This document shows, piece by piece, positions 35,946-46,620 of a DNA stretch of 64,000 nucleotides. Both the position numbers and the translations under genes were made by a program. Source of the DNA: Christensenellales bacterium. GTDB lineage: Bacteria > Bacillota > Clostridia > Christensenellales > Aristaeellaceae. Under the pieces are notes generated by a model, which made no database searches, was not told the DNA's origin, and saw only the letters and a list, made by a program, of their open reading frames with translations. The stretch covers positions 3,143,640-3,207,639 of the forward strand of contig JBMNLP010000001.1 of assembly GCA_050952845.1 (NCBI GenBank), read 5' to 3'. Position 1 is the stretch's first letter. Each line of letters begins with the position of its first letter.

Positions 35946-37520
35946 ATGCGTAGACCAAAGACTGTTCTGTTCCTTATCGTCCTATTGACTGTAACTGTTG
36001 GACTTATGCCCATCGTCACGGCAGAGAAAACACAAAAGATCGATGTATCCGTCATGATGCCACACTTTGGTGGTATACCAACCGACAAACCTGTACATCA
36101 ACAATGGGAGAAATTGATGAACAAACTCCTCGATGTCGACATCAACTTTACTTGGAGCTTTATCCCCTGGGGGGAGTTTGCTGAAAAAACAAATCTTGCA
36201 ATGGCTTCTGGTGATTTACCTGACCTGATGTATGTACCAACAGCTGACGCGACAATCCCCTATGAAGATCAGGATATCTTTGTTGAACTCAGTGAATATG
36301 AAGAAATAATGCCGAATTATATTAAGTTTGTTGATTCTATTCACTATGGTCGCTCAAAAATTGAGAATGCTGATGGACATTACTATGGCTTTCGCAATGT
36401 TGAAATCCCCCGTCTAGAGCAAGGGCTTGGCATCTATTCTGTTTCAGCCTACAGATATGATGTTTTCGAAGACCAAGGCATAAAAATACCAGAAACAACT
36501 GAAGAATTCTATCAGGCAGCCAAACAATTAAGAACCCTATTTCCCGATAAGTATCCTGTTGCATACGCAAATTGGCATGGGGTCTTCAAAACTGCGGGTG
36601 GTATCTTCTGGAATGGTAACGAGTTTGTGTACGGACCTATTACTGACGGCTATAGAGACATGCTTGCTTTTGCCAATAAATTATACTCAGAAAACTTAAT
36701 TGACCCAGAAAGTTTTACATATGATAACGATACACGTACTATGCGCGCTCTAAATGGCAGTAACTATATGCAGATGAGTATATGGTTTAATTACGTTGTA
36801 GATTGGAATAATAATGAGGAGGCCGATGGGGTATGGGTCAATGCTCTTTATCCAAGCGATGAAAAGTATGGAGTTGCTTGGCAGAATGTAGTCAATGTGA
36901 ACGAACCAACACTGGGTTCGCATATGCTTACCATTAACGCTGATGCAGATAATCGTGAGCTACTCATCAAGATGTGCGATTTGCAGTTCACGGATGAGGT
37001 CATTGAGTTAGTTACATGGGGCATTGAAGGCGATAGCTTTGTTCGAGACGAGAATGGCAACCCAACTTTTATTGATCAGATAAAAAATGCAGCAAATCCA
37101 TGGACAGAGGGTGATAACTGGGGTATGCGCGCAAGCTCAATGTATCGGCCTGGATTACAATTAGCCATTGACACCAAAGCCTTTCTTGATTTCGCACCTA
37201 AAGAAGCAAGCTATATAGATGGGAAATATATAGAAATCTCATGGGAAGAAGCTTTCCCAGAATATAGTTGGCCGGATAGCGAGTTGATTCCAACAAATGT
37301 TTTTGCTCCACCTGTATCTTTTACCACTGATGAATCGCAAGATAATGCAACAATAATGACAGTAGCTAATACAATTGTTGATGAAACAAAGCTGAAATTC
37401 ATTCGTGGTGAACTATCTGTCGAAAATGATTGGGATTCTTATGTCAAAAACATAGAAGATACGAATATTCAAAAAGTTCTTGATCTGTATAATGAGAAAG
37501 CCGCATTAATAACGCAATAA
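35946..37520 (+). CDS. extracellular solute-binding protein, large LplA type
   Basis: The start was set at ATG 35946 (MRRPKTVLFLIV) after an aaggagga SD. It has a hydrophobic signal/anchor without a Cys lipobox. Confidence 0.85.
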   Translation: MRRPKTVLFLIVLLTVTVGLMPIVTAEKTQKIDVSVMMPHFGGIPTDKPVHQQWEKLMNKLLDVDINFTWSFIPWGEFAEKTNLAMASGDLPDLMYVPTADATIPYEDQDIFVELSEYEEIMPNYIKFVDSIHYGRSKIENADGHYYGFRNVEIPRLEQGLGIYSVSAYRYDVFEDQGIKIPETTEEFYQAAKQLRTLFPDKYPVAYANWHGVFKTAGGIFWNGNEFVYGPITDGYRDMLAFANKLYSENLIDPESFTYDNDTRTMRALNGSNYMQMSIWFNYVVDWNNNEEADGVWVNALYPSDEKYGVAWQNVVNVNEPTLGSHMLTINADADNRELLIKMCDLQFTDEVIELVTWGIEGDSFVRDENGNPTFIDQIKNAANPWTEGDNWGMRASSMYRPGLQLAIDTKAFLDFAPKEASYIDGKYIEISWEEAFPEYSWPDSELIPTNVFAPPVSFTTDESQDNATIMTVANTIVDETKLKFIRGELSVENDWDSYVKNIEDTNIQKVLDLYNEKAALITQ

Positions 37521-37538
37521 ACACCAGTGTTTCTATTG

Positions 37539-37577
37539 GGATCGCTCGTTAAATTAAAACGAGCGATCCTACCTTTT
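37539..37577 (+). terminator. stem-loop / weak terminator between the binding-protein and hydrolase genes
   Basis: ggatcgctcgtt-aaattaa-aacgagcgatcc forms a perfect 12-bp stem. The tract that follows, tacctttt, is only a weak T-tract. Confidence 0.55.
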
Positions 37578-37604
37578 CACCCCTTATTAACAGGAGGTAG
37601 TCTA

Positions 37605-39785
37605 ATGAAGATATATGAAGTTGTTAAAAGAATAAGAGGCGTGTTTTTGTCAACACCAAAGAATACGCCCACAAAAGGAGTTCCTGATGGGCCTTTGATC
37701 GGCAATGGAGATATGGGAGCTGTGTGGGGAATTCACCAAAATGAACTAACTTGTTGGATTGGAAAAAATGATATGTGGTCAGCAAAACCACACCAGTGTG
37801 GCGGTGGAGTAAAATCGCTTGCTGTGATGTCATTAGCATCAAACGCACTTTCTAAGGGAACTTTTCGTGCACAGCAACACTTAGCAGAGGCGTATATAGA
37901 GATAGAATGGGCACATAATGGGAATAATCTTCGTATACGGTGTTACGCACCATACAAACAATCATTGCTCATTACGCGTGTAAGTTGTATAAGTGGACAA
38001 GCTGATTTGAGGCTTAACCTATCTACGCTTGAGGATCCAGATGCAAAACGTATACGAACAGCATGGGAGAACAATATTATCATCGAAAAGCATTATGCAA
38101 ATGATAGCATGGAATGGACAACAAGTGCTGTAGCTGGCTTGCGTGTTTATGAGTGGTCTGATATTGCAGGTGTATTAAGCGCAGGTGAATACGTCGATAT
38201 TGTTTTAGCTGCTTATACAAATCATGATACCACAGCTTATCGGGTTGCTGTCCAGAAAGCGCTTGACCAAATCAACGAAAAGAAGCTTGATGAATATTGG
38301 CAACAGCATCTATCATGGTGGACAGATTTCTGGAACCAATCTGCTATCTATTTAGATGATATGGAGCAGATTATGGAGTATTGGTATGGCTCTCACTACA
38401 TCATGGCTTGCTGCAGCAAGAAAGGCTCTTTTGCACCGGGATTATTTGGTAATTTTATAACAACCGATCAGCCAAATTGGGGAGGCGATTATCATCTTAA
38501 CTATAATTATCAAGCCCCCTGGTGGGGATCGTATTCATCCAATCACATAGAACTCACTGAACCATATGATGTGCCTATTATAGATTACATTCCTCAGGCA
38601 AAACAAAACGCACGGACGCTACTAAATTGCAGAGGTGTATATTCTGTGGTAGGTATTGGTCCGTTTGGATTGGAAGCTTCAGCAATGTTTCGATCTGACG
38701 GCTCACCAGATCGCGCTACCCCTTTCTGGGGCCAAAAATCAAATGCCGCATATGCAGCAATGAATATGCTTATGCGCTTTTATTCGACATATGATATGGA
38801 TTATGCACGTAAATATGCTTATCCTTATTTAAAAGAAGTGGTGGCATTCTGGGAAGATTACTTATGTTGGGAAGATGATCGTTATGTTGTATATAACGAT
38901 TCTATACATGAAAATGCATTTTTAGCTCGTTTTATATGGGATTTTGGTGATAACATACCAACAGACTACTCTACAGATATGAACAGCCTAGTAACATTAG
39001 GTCTGTTGCGAGCAGTTTTTAAAGGCATTATAGATATAAGTGATTATATTGGACAAGATAAAGAGCAACAAAAGCGATGGAAACATATTTTAGAGCATCT
39101 CAGTTGTTTTCCTCTGCAAGAACGTAACGGACATACAGTTTTTCGGTATACAGAGAAGGGCATGGATTGGTGCTCCTCAAATAGTTTAGGCATTCAACAC
39201 GTATTCCCGGCAGGAGCAATCGGCCTTTCATCAGATGAAACCTTGCTTGAAATTGCACGTAATACATTAATCGAGTTGGATCGTTGGGATGATTACAACG
39301 CCTTTCCAACATTTTTTACTGCAGCTGTACATTTAGGTATTGATGCTGAAACCATACTTGATAAAATGAACAATGAAATAAACAAGCATGGATTTTCGAA
39401 TTACTTCATATACTATGGCGGAGGAGGGATCGAATGTTGCAGTGCTGTACCTAGTTGTATTAATTCTATGCTGTTACAAAGTCATGAAGGCATGATACGA
39501 TTATTCCCAGTTTGGAATAAACGTCGTAACGCATCATTCCATAATCTTCGATCATATGGAGCATTTTTAGTTTGTGCAGATTTACGAGACGGTCAAATAG
39601 AGAACATAATGCTACATAGCGAAAAAGGCAGAATATGTACGATCTTGTCTCCTTGGGAAAGTGGTATGCGTGTTATAAGCGCTCAAAATGAAGTTAAAAC
39701 CACTTATGAAGAATCATCCTGGGGCAAAATTTATCGTTTTGAGACAACTGCGGGATCGGATTACGAAATCTTACAAAAAGCATGA
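37605..39785 (+). CDS. GH95-like six-hairpin glycoside hydrolase (putative alpha-L-fucosidase/galactosidase)
   Basis: The start was set at ATG 37605 after an aggagg SD; the protein is 726 aa. N-terminal PLIGNGDMGAVWG and central WGGDYHLNYNYQAPWW resemble the GH95 N-domain and the N-x-N catalytic-region pattern. This is assigned by recall, not by alignment. Confidence 0.55.
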   Translation: MKIYEVVKRIRGVFLSTPKNTPTKGVPDGPLIGNGDMGAVWGIHQNELTCWIGKNDMWSAKPHQCGGGVKSLAVMSLASNALSKGTFRAQQHLAEAYIEIEWAHNGNNLRIRCYAPYKQSLLITRVSCISGQADLRLNLSTLEDPDAKRIRTAWENNIIIEKHYANDSMEWTTSAVAGLRVYEWSDIAGVLSAGEYVDIVLAAYTNHDTTAYRVAVQKALDQINEKKLDEYWQQHLSWWTDFWNQSAIYLDDMEQIMEYWYGSHYIMACCSKKGSFAPGLFGNFITTDQPNWGGDYHLNYNYQAPWWGSYSSNHIELTEPYDVPIIDYIPQAKQNARTLLNCRGVYSVVGIGPFGLEASAMFRSDGSPDRATPFWGQKSNAAYAAMNMLMRFYSTYDMDYARKYAYPYLKEVVAFWEDYLCWEDDRYVVYNDSIHENAFLARFIWDFGDNIPTDYSTDMNSLVTLGLLRAVFKGIIDISDYIGQDKEQQKRWKHILEHLSCFPLQERNGHTVFRYTEKGMDWCSSNSLGIQHVFPAGAIGLSSDETLLEIARNTLIELDRWDDYNAFPTFFTAAVHLGIDAETILDKMNNEINKHGFSNYFIYYGGGGIECCSAVPSCINSMLLQSHEGMIRLFPVWNKRRNASFHNLRSYGAFLVCADLRDGQIENIMLHSEKGRICTILSPWESGMRVISAQNEVKTTYEESSWGKIYRFETTAGSDYEILQKA

Positions 39786-39841
39786 TTTGCTCTATAGGGT
39801 ACATATATCGCTTTTTCACATAACTCACTGCCTGCAGGCGG

Positions 39842-40498
39842 TCACTTCCCTTTCATGCTTTGCTGTTTTTCCTTGTGGTCAATCACGTGCCGGCCTGCCA
39901 GCTCCTGCTTGATATCGTCCAGCGATATCCCCGCCTGCACCATCAGCACCAGCATGTGGTATACCAGGTCGGCGATTTCGTATACGGTTTCCCCCCGGTC
40001 GCCGCCCTTGGCAGCGATGATGACTTCAGTGGATTCTTCGCCTACTTTTTTTAATATCTTGTCCAGCCCCTTGTCAAACAGGTAAGTGGTATACGAGCCT
40101 TCCTTGGGCTGGTTTTTTCTGCCTAAAATGGTCGCCATCAGGCTGTCCAGCGAGAAAGGGGCTGCCTCATCCTCTTCCCATAACGGAACGCCAAAGCAGG
40201 TTTCGCTGCCCGTATGGCAAGCCGGCCCTTCCTTTTTTACCCTCAACAGCAGCGTATCGCCATCACAGTCAGCCTGTACGCTCAGCACGCGCTGGCGGTT
40301 GCCGCTGGTCTCCCCCTTCATCCACAGCGTTTGCCGGGAACGGCTGTAAAAATGTGCCCAGCCGGTTTCCCTGGTGCGCTGCAGGCTCTCCCGGTTCATC
40401 CAGGCCATCATCAGCACCTTGCCCGTTTCAGCGTCCTGCACAATGGCGGGCACCAATCCTTTTTCATTAAACTGAATGCGTTCCATGTTCATACTCAT
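39842..40498 (-). CDS. hisI: bifunctional phosphoribosyl-AMP cyclohydrolase / phosphoribosyl-ATP pyrophosphatase
   Basis: 218 aa. The HisI part reads LVPAIVQD...WMKGETSGN...CDGD...CHTG. The HisE part reads [16 protein letters not shown]. Confidence 0.9.
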   Translation of the reverse strand: MSMNMERIQFNEKGLVPAIVQDAETGKVLMMAWMNRESLQRTRETGWAHFYSRSRQTLWMKGETSGNRQRVLSVQADCDGDTLLLRVKKEGPACHTGSETCFGVPLWEEDEAAPFSLDSLMATILGRKNQPKEGSYTTYLFDKGLDKILKKVGEESTEVIIAAKGGDRGETVYEIADLVYHMLVLMVQAGISLDDIKQELAGRHVIDHKEKQQSMKGK

Positions 40499-41253
40499 CT
40501 CCTCACCTTGATGCCGTGGTTGCGCAACGCCTGCTTCAGCACAGCAAGATCGACCAGCCCGAAATGAAACACCGAAGCTGCAAGCGCGGCATCCACCTTG
40601 GGCACCTGCTGAAACAGCCGGATAAAGTCATCCACGCTGCCTGCGCCGCCCGATGCGATCACCGGTGCATCCACCGCCTCGGTCACCGCACGCAGCATAT
40701 CGATATCATACCCCTCCCGAACACCGTCGGTGTCGATGGCATTGAGCACCACCTCGCCCGCGCCGTCTTGGACACAGCGGGTGATCCAGCCGATGCCTTC
40801 GATGCCTGTATCAACGCGTCCGCCGCTGCGGAACACATGGTACGCATCGCCCACGCGCTTCATATCAACGGACAGCACGATGCACCCTGATCCATAGCGT
40901 GCCGCTGCTTCGGCAATGAGACCCGGGTTGTCTATGACGCCAGTGTTCAGGCTGACCTTTTTAGCACCGCATGCCAACACCCGCTCAATATCTGCCAATG
41001 ACCGGATGCCGCCTCCAGCAATCAATGAAATGGACACCTCTGTTGTCACGGCGCGCAGCGTTTCTTCATATAGCCCACGCCCCTCCACCGACGCAGCGAT
41101 GTCATAAAACGCCAGCTCATCGGCACCGGCTTCAGCATACTGCCCGGCTAACACCGTCGGTTCGTCGATTTCCTGCAGGTTTTCAAACCTAACGCCCTTA
41201 ACAACCTTTCCGTCCCGCACGTCCAGGCAGGGGATAATGCGCTTATATGTCAT
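40495..41253 (-). CDS. hisF: imidazole glycerol phosphate synthase cyclase subunit
   Basis: 252 aa with [15 protein letters not shown] and [11 protein letters not shown]. Its stop overlaps the hisI start. Confidence 0.9.
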   Translation of the reverse strand: MTYKRIIPCLDVRDGKVVKGVRFENLQEIDEPTVLAGQYAEAGADELAFYDIAASVEGRGLYEETLRAVTTEVSISLIAGGGIRSLADIERVLACGAKKVSLNTGVIDNPGLIAEAAARYGSGCIVLSVDMKRVGDAYHVFRSGGRVDTGIEGIGWITRCVQDGAGEVVLNAIDTDGVREGYDIDMLRAVTEAVDAPVIASGGAGSVDDFIRLFQQVPKVDAALAASVFHFGLVDLAVLKQALRNHGIKVRR

Positions 41254-41960
41254 AATGCCTCCCTGATGGCGCTGCCCAGATCGACAGCGCCGGTATAATA
41301 TGCTTTGCCGATGATAGCCCCCGCCAGGTTCAGTGCCCTTAAGCTGCGCACATCCTCCAGGGACGATACGCCGCCCGATGCGATGATGGACAGTCCCGTC
41401 GCCTGCATTTCCTTGTATAGACCGATATTAGCCCCCTGCATGGCGCCGTCCCGCGCGATATCGGTAACAATCATGGTGGTGATGCCATAGGCGGTCAGCC
41501 TGTCCGCCAGCTGGCTGCAGCTCAGGTTCAGCGTGTCCCGCCAGCCGCGCACAGCGACCTTGCCGTCCCGCAGATCGGCCCCTACTGCAAGGGCTCCGCC
41601 AAACCGGCGCGCTGCTTCCTGTAAAAAGGCATCGTCCTCTGCCGCCTTTGTGCCCAGAATCACACGCCTGGCGCCGGCAGCCAACAGCCCGCTGATGTCC
41701 TCCATGGTGCGGATGCCGCCGCCTGCCTGGATAAAAAGACCTGTTTCTTTCGCAATCCGCGCAATCAGCGCCGTGTGAACGGGCTTGCCCGCCTTTGCAC
41801 CCTCCAGGTCGACCACGTGCAGGTGGGTCGCTCCCTGCGCCTTCATCCGCTGCGCTGCGGCTGCCGGATCGAGATCGTGGACCGTCATCTGGTCGTAATC
41901 GCCCTGAAACAGACGAACAGCCTGCCCCTGGTATAAGTCAATGGCCGGGTAGATAATCAT
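41250..41960 (-). CDS. hisA: 1-(5-phosphoribosyl)-5-[(5-phosphoribosylamino)methylideneamino]imidazole-4-carboxamide isomerase
   Basis: 236 aa with MIIYPAIDL..G..VRL.QGD and VSGG. It overlaps both hisB and hisF. Confidence 0.9.
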   Translation of the reverse strand: MIIYPAIDLYQGQAVRLFQGDYDQMTVHDLDPAAAAQRMKAQGATHLHVVDLEGAKAGKPVHTALIARIAKETGLFIQAGGGIRTMEDISGLLAAGARRVILGTKAAEDDAFLQEAARRFGGALAVGADLRDGKVAVRGWRDTLNLSCSQLADRLTAYGITTMIVTDIARDGAMQGANIGLYKEMQATGLSIIASGGVSSLEDVRSLRALNLAGAIIGKAYYTGAVDLGSAIREAL

Positions 41961-42547
41961 ATCAGCGTCCCCTTGGTGGAAGGAACCTGGCCCCCGATGC
42001 CCGGGTCCATCGCGCAGGCCTGCCGCAGCGCCCGCGCGCAGGCTTTGAACACAGCCTCCAGGATATGGTGGGTGTTGCTGCCTGCCAGCTGACGCAGGTG
42101 CAGCGTCAGCGCGGCGCTGCGCGACAGGGCGGCGAAAAACTCCTCAGCCAGCTCGGTATCAAAATTCCCTACTTTCGCAGATGGTACCTTGATATCATAG
42201 GTCAGGTGGCTGCGGCCGGACAGGTCCACCGCGCACAGCACCAGCGCCTCATCCATGGGCAGCACCATGTCGCCATAGCGCCATATGCCTTCCTTGCCGC
42301 CCAGCGCCTCCTTCAAGGCATGTCCCAGGCAGAGCCCGACATCTTCCGTTGTATGATGAGCGTCCACCTCCATATCGCCACGGCAGCGGATGGACAGGTC
42401 AAACCGGCTATGTGCTGCAAATAGATTGAGCATGTGGTCCAAAAAACCACAGCCTGTATTGATATCAGCCCTGCCCGCACCATCCAGGTCAAGCCGCAGC
42501 TCAATATCCGTCTCGGTTGTTGTTCGCACAATCTTTGCCGTTCTCAT
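41957..42547 (-). CDS. hisB: imidazoleglycerol-phosphate dehydratase
   Basis: 196 aa with RTTTETDI..L.LDG, GFLDHML and HHTTED motifs. Confidence 0.9.
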   Translation of the reverse strand: MRTAKIVRTTTETDIELRLDLDGAGRADINTGCGFLDHMLNLFAAHSRFDLSIRCRGDMEVDAHHTTEDVGLCLGHALKEALGGKEGIWRYGDMVLPMDEALVLCAVDLSGRSHLTYDIKVPSAKVGNFDTELAEEFFAALSRSAALTLHLRQLAGSNTHHILEAVFKACARALRQACAMDPGIGGQVPSTKGTLI

Positions 42548-43614
42548 ATATTATCACCTCCGGCAATGGCTGCCGCTGCCTCGATGAACGCCGCCATCTG
42601 TTTATCAGTGCCAATGGTCACGCGGATATGGTTCCTGGTGCGCGGTGCATCAAAATGACGCACTAAAATACCCTGCGCCTTCAGCTTCAAATACAGGTTC
42701 TTCCCCGATACTGCAGGGTGAGAAAGAAACAGGAAGTTCGCCATCGAGGGCAGCACCTGAAAGCCCTTGTCCGTCAGCTGCGCTGCAGTTTCTTCCCGGG
42801 TGCGGGCAATGGCGCGGCACTGAGCGGCATAGTAAGGCGCTGCCGATATCGCTGCCAACCCGGCTTTCATGGTCATCAGGTTGATGGCATAGGGGTTCGT
42901 TACATACTTGAACAGCTCCAGGTCGCGGATCAGCGCCTCCTGCGCAAAGGCTACCCCCAGCCGCGCCCCCGCCATCGCACGGGACTTTGAAAACGTCTGC
43001 ACCACCACCAGGTTATCATACCGGCGCACCAGCGGCACGCAGGAAGCGCCCCCAAAGTCGATATATGCTTCGTCCACCACCACGATGCTGCCCGGATGCC
43101 CGCCCACAATGCGCTTGATGTCGCTCTGCGCCAGATAGGCGCCTGTGGGCGCGTTGGGGTTTGCCAGCACAATCAAGCCATCCTTGCCGAAATAATCGCG
43201 CCAATCGATTGTAAAGTTATCGCGCACAGGCACTTCCTGCCAGTCTGCCCCGTGCAGCGCCGCGAACACCTTATAAAACCCGTATGTTACGTCGGGGAAA
43301 TACGCCTTGCCGCCATTCGCCGCGTATGCTTTAAACAGAAAATTCAAGATATCGTCCGACCCATTGGCAACAAACACATTGCCCCGGGCTAAGCCATGCT
43401 GCGATGCCAGTGCGTCGCGCAGCATCCCGCACTCCGGGTCAGGATACAGGCGCAGGTTTTCCATGACGGAAGACGAAACCGCCGCTATCACCTCCGGCGC
43501 CGGCGCAAAGGGCGCTTCGTTGGTATTCAGCTTGATGTACGCCCTATCCTGCGGCTGCTCACCGGGCGTATAAGGGGTCAGCACTTGCCATTGGGATGCC
43601 AGGAATTTGCTCAT
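42544..43614 (-). CDS. hisC: histidinol-phosphate aminotransferase
   Basis: 356 aa, with LNTNE, DEAYIDF and the PLP-lysine region TFSKSRAMAG. Confidence 0.9.
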   Translation of the reverse strand: MSKFLASQWQVLTPYTPGEQPQDRAYIKLNTNEAPFAPAPEVIAAVSSSVMENLRLYPDPECGMLRDALASQHGLARGNVFVANGSDDILNFLFKAYAANGGKAYFPDVTYGFYKVFAALHGADWQEVPVRDNFTIDWRDYFGKDGLIVLANPNAPTGAYLAQSDIKRIVGGHPGSIVVVDEAYIDFGGASCVPLVRRYDNLVVVQTFSKSRAMAGARLGVAFAQEALIRDLELFKYVTNPYAINLMTMKAGLAAISAAPYYAAQCRAIARTREETAAQLTDKGFQVLPSMANFLFLSHPAVSGKNLYLKLKAQGILVRHFDAPRTRNHIRVTIGTDKQMAAFIEAAAAIAGGDNI

Positions 43615-44888
43615 ATGGACTCCTCTCTGATCCGGACGCTGGCAGCGTGTGCCTGAAGCCCTTCCTGTTCCGCCAGCAGGCAGACAGCAGCGGCGTCTCT
43701 CGCCAGCGCGCCCCGTGAATAATAGGTAAACTGCGTGGTTTTGACAAAGTCGTCCACGGACAGCGGGCTTGAAAACCTTGCCGTGCCGTTGGTGGGCAGC
43801 GTGTGGTTGGTGCCGGCGATATAGTCGCCCACTGCCTCAGGCGTATACCTGCCCAGGAATACCGACCCTGCATTTTTTACACTGTACAGCAGGGCAAACG
43901 GATCATCCACACACAGCTCCAAATGCTCGGGCGCCAGCTCATTGGCGATGTCAACCGCTTCGCTGATGTCCTTTGTAACGACAATCACGCCATTATTCTC
44001 AATGGACGCGCGCGCGATGTTCGCCCGAGGAAGCTGCGCCAGCTGCCGATCGATTTCTCGCGCTACCCGGTCCGCCAACTCCCTGCTGTCGGTCGCCAGC
44101 ACAGCACTGGCTAAGGGATCGTGCTCAGCCTGAGAGAGCAAGTCCGCCGCCAAATGTGCGGGGTTGGACTTCTCATCCGCAACGATCATGATCTCGCTTG
44201 GGCCTGCCACCATGTCGATGCCCACATCGCCGAACACCTGGCGCTTTGCCTCAGTAACATATGCATTGCCGGGGCCTGTGATCTTGTCGACCCGTCGTAT
44301 GCTTTCCGTACCATATGCCAGCGCAGCCACCGCCTGGGCGCCGCCCACCTTCAGCACGCGGTGCACACCCGCGATCTTAGCCGCCAACAGCACGGCCTGG
44401 CTGATGCTGCCGCCTGTGCCGGGCGGCGTTGTGATGCATACGTCAGGACAGCCCGCAATCACAGCCGGTATGGCGTTCATCAGCACGGTGGAGGGATAAG
44501 CCGCCGTACCGCCCGGCACGTACAAACCTACGCTGGCAATCGGCGTGACCTTCTGCCCCAGCACCACGCCGGGTCGCTCGTCCATGACAAAGCCCCGGCG
44601 CAATTGTTTCACGTGAAACATGCGGATGTTATTCGCCGCCATCTCAAGCGCGTCCACCAGCGCGGCATCGGCGCCACGCACAGCAGCGTCCATTTCAGCT
44701 TCTGTCACTTCAAACCGCGCCAGCCTGATGCCATCAAAGCGCTCGGTATAATCCATCAGCGCCTCGTCACCACGCTGCCTGACATCCCTGATGATGGCCG
44801 CCACTGTTTCAGACAATCCCTCGACAAGCTCTTTTCTGCGCGTGAAAAGGCTCTTTCTTTCCTGCACACCCTCGATGATCCGGATCAT
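43611..44888 (-). CDS. hisD: histidinol dehydrogenase
   Basis: The start was set at MIRIIEG (44888), overlapping the hisG stop. Has the zinc/NAD region SQAEHD and GDY.AG.NH.LPT. Confidence 0.9.
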   Translation of the reverse strand: MIRIIEGVQERKSLFTRRKELVEGLSETVAAIIRDVRQRGDEALMDYTERFDGIRLARFEVTEAEMDAAVRGADAALVDALEMAANNIRMFHVKQLRRGFVMDERPGVVLGQKVTPIASVGLYVPGGTAAYPSTVLMNAIPAVIAGCPDVCITTPPGTGGSISQAVLLAAKIAGVHRVLKVGGAQAVAALAYGTESIRRVDKITGPGNAYVTEAKRQVFGDVGIDMVAGPSEIMIVADEKSNPAHLAADLLSQAEHDPLASAVLATDSRELADRVAREIDRQLAQLPRANIARASIENNGVIVVTKDISEAVDIANELAPEHLELCVDDPFALLYSVKNAGSVFLGRYTPEAVGDYIAGTNHTLPTNGTARFSSPLSVDDFVKTTQFTYYSRGALARDAAAVCLLAEQEGLQAHAASVRIREESI

Positions 44889-45514
44889 GTATCCTCCCTG
44901 ATTGCGCTTCGCAACCCACAAGCCAGCGCTTCAATTTCATTGCCATTAAATTTAAACGACGCCTTATTAGCGATCAGCCGTGCGCTGACATGCACAATGG
45001 TTTCCTTGGGTTCCAGTCCATTTTCCCTGAGCGTCGCGCCTGTTTCTACAATGTCCACAATCACATCGGACAAACCCAATATCGGCGCCAGCTCCACCGA
45101 GCCATTCAGATAGATTACATCGATTCGTCTGCTTTGATCTGCATAGTACCGCGAAGCCACCCCTGGGTATTTTGTCGCCACGCGCAGCGTTGCCACCGGG
45201 TCATCCCTGTAATCCTTTGCAGCCGCTACCGCCAGGCGGCAGCGGCCGATCCCCAAATCAAGCAATTCGTACACATCGCTGCGCTTTTCCATCAATATAT
45301 CGCTGCCTACGATCCCCAGGTCTGCCACGCCGCGCTCCACATAAACTGCTACGTCCGAAGGCTTGACCCAGAAATAGCGGATGCCTTTGTCCACATCTTC
45401 AAACACTAACTTGCGCCCATTGTCCGTAATCCCTGAACAGGCGTACCCGCCCTTTTCCAACAGCGCGTACGCCGCCTCTCCCAGCCGTCCCTTGGGCAAC
45501 GCCACGCTGATCAT
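44885..45514 (-). CDS. hisG: ATP phosphoribosyltransferase, short form
   Basis: The start was set at MISVALPKGRL (45514). A short HisG of about 209 aa is consistent with the adjacent hisZ. Confidence 0.9.
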   Translation of the reverse strand: MISVALPKGRLGEAAYALLEKGGYACSGITDNGRKLVFEDVDKGIRYFWVKPSDVAVYVERGVADLGIVGSDILMEKRSDVYELLDLGIGRCRLAVAAAKDYRDDPVATLRVATKYPGVASRYYADQSRRIDVIYLNGSVELAPILGLSDVIVDIVETGATLRENGLEPKETIVHVSARLIANKASFKFNGNEIEALACGLRSAIREDT

Positions 45515-46620
45515 GTTGCCGCCTCCCTGTCCATATACGCCGTACGCCCATAGGTTCTGCCTGACGGCTGCGCTTTCGCCGCGAACACGCTGCCTTCGCA
45601 CGACAGCCTTTCAGCCGTCTGGAACACCCGGGCGGGGTCGTCCTTCTCGTCGTACAGCAGCAGAATATCGGCATCCACCGGCTGCGCCGCCCGCTCCTCC
45701 AGCATGTCCAGCGACACTGCAAAGCCAATGCCGCCTGATTTTCTGCCCATTCTGCGCATCAGCGGGTCATACCGACCGCCTGATAACACGCCTGTCGGTA
45801 TTCCCTCTAAGTATCCCCGGAACACGATGCCGTTGTAATACTTGGCGTTGTTCACCACTGAAAAATCCACGGATACGCTGTCTCTATATCCTGCTTCGTC
45901 CAACGCCCTGCACACGGCTTCCATTTCATTCAGCGCCTCAGCATATGCATCATCCGTGAATGCTTCTTTCATGCGCTGAAGCGCCACGGGATAACCGCCA
46001 TAGGTTTCCACCAACAACAGCAACCGGTCGCGCCATGCAGCAGATAATCCTTCTTCATCGCAAAGCCGGGCGATTTCCCCATGGTGCTTTCTGTTCAAGT
46101 TATCCATGAGCCGTTCCTTCACCTCGCCTGACGCCTCACAGGCTGAAAACAGCGCGTTTAACAGCCCCATGTGGGATATATCCAACATAAACCGCCCGCT
46201 GCCGATGGCCTCCAGGCTTTTTGCTGCCAGCAGCAGCACTTCGCAGGTTTCATATAAGCCGATATTGCCGATGCATTCCAGCCCGGCCTGCATGATTTCT
46301 TCAAAGCTGCCTGACCGATGCGCTACCCTGAATACACTTTCGTTGTAGTGCATCTTGGTTACCGTTGCTTCATCCCTGGTGTTGCGCACAATGGACAGCG
46401 TCACGTCAGGTTTCAATGCCAGCAGCTTCCCATTGGTATCGGTGAATGTGATGACGCTGTCCGACACCAAAAAATCCTTGTTGCGAACATAAAGATCGTA
46501 CTCTTCAAAGTGATTGACACGATATCTGGTATATCCGTGCCTGTTATATAGTGCCCGCAGGCTGAACACCGCCCGTTCCTCAGCGCTCATCAGGCTGCCT
46601 ATATCTTCCAACTTGCTCAT
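45511..46620 (-). CDS. hisZ: ATP phosphoribosyltransferase regulatory subunit (HisRS paralogue)
   Basis: 369 aa, a class II aaRS-like fold without an anticodon-binding domain. It sits immediately upstream of, and overlaps, short-form hisG. Confidence 0.85.
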   Translation of the reverse strand: MSKLEDIGSLMSAEERAVFSLRALYNRHGYTRYRVNHFEEYDLYVRNKDFLVSDSVITFTDTNGKLLALKPDVTLSIVRNTRDEATVTKMHYNESVFRVAHRSGSFEEIMQAGLECIGNIGLYETCEVLLLAAKSLEAIGSGRFMLDISHMGLLNALFSACEASGEVKERLMDNLNRKHHGEIARLCDEEGLSAAWRDRLLLLVETYGGYPVALQRMKEAFTDDAYAEALNEMEAVCRALDEAGYRDSVSVDFSVVNNAKYYNGIVFRGYLEGIPTGVLSGGRYDPLMRRMGRKSGGIGFAVSLDMLEERAAQPVDADILLLYDEKDDPARVFQTAERLSCEGSVFAAKAQPSGRTYGRTAYMDREAAT

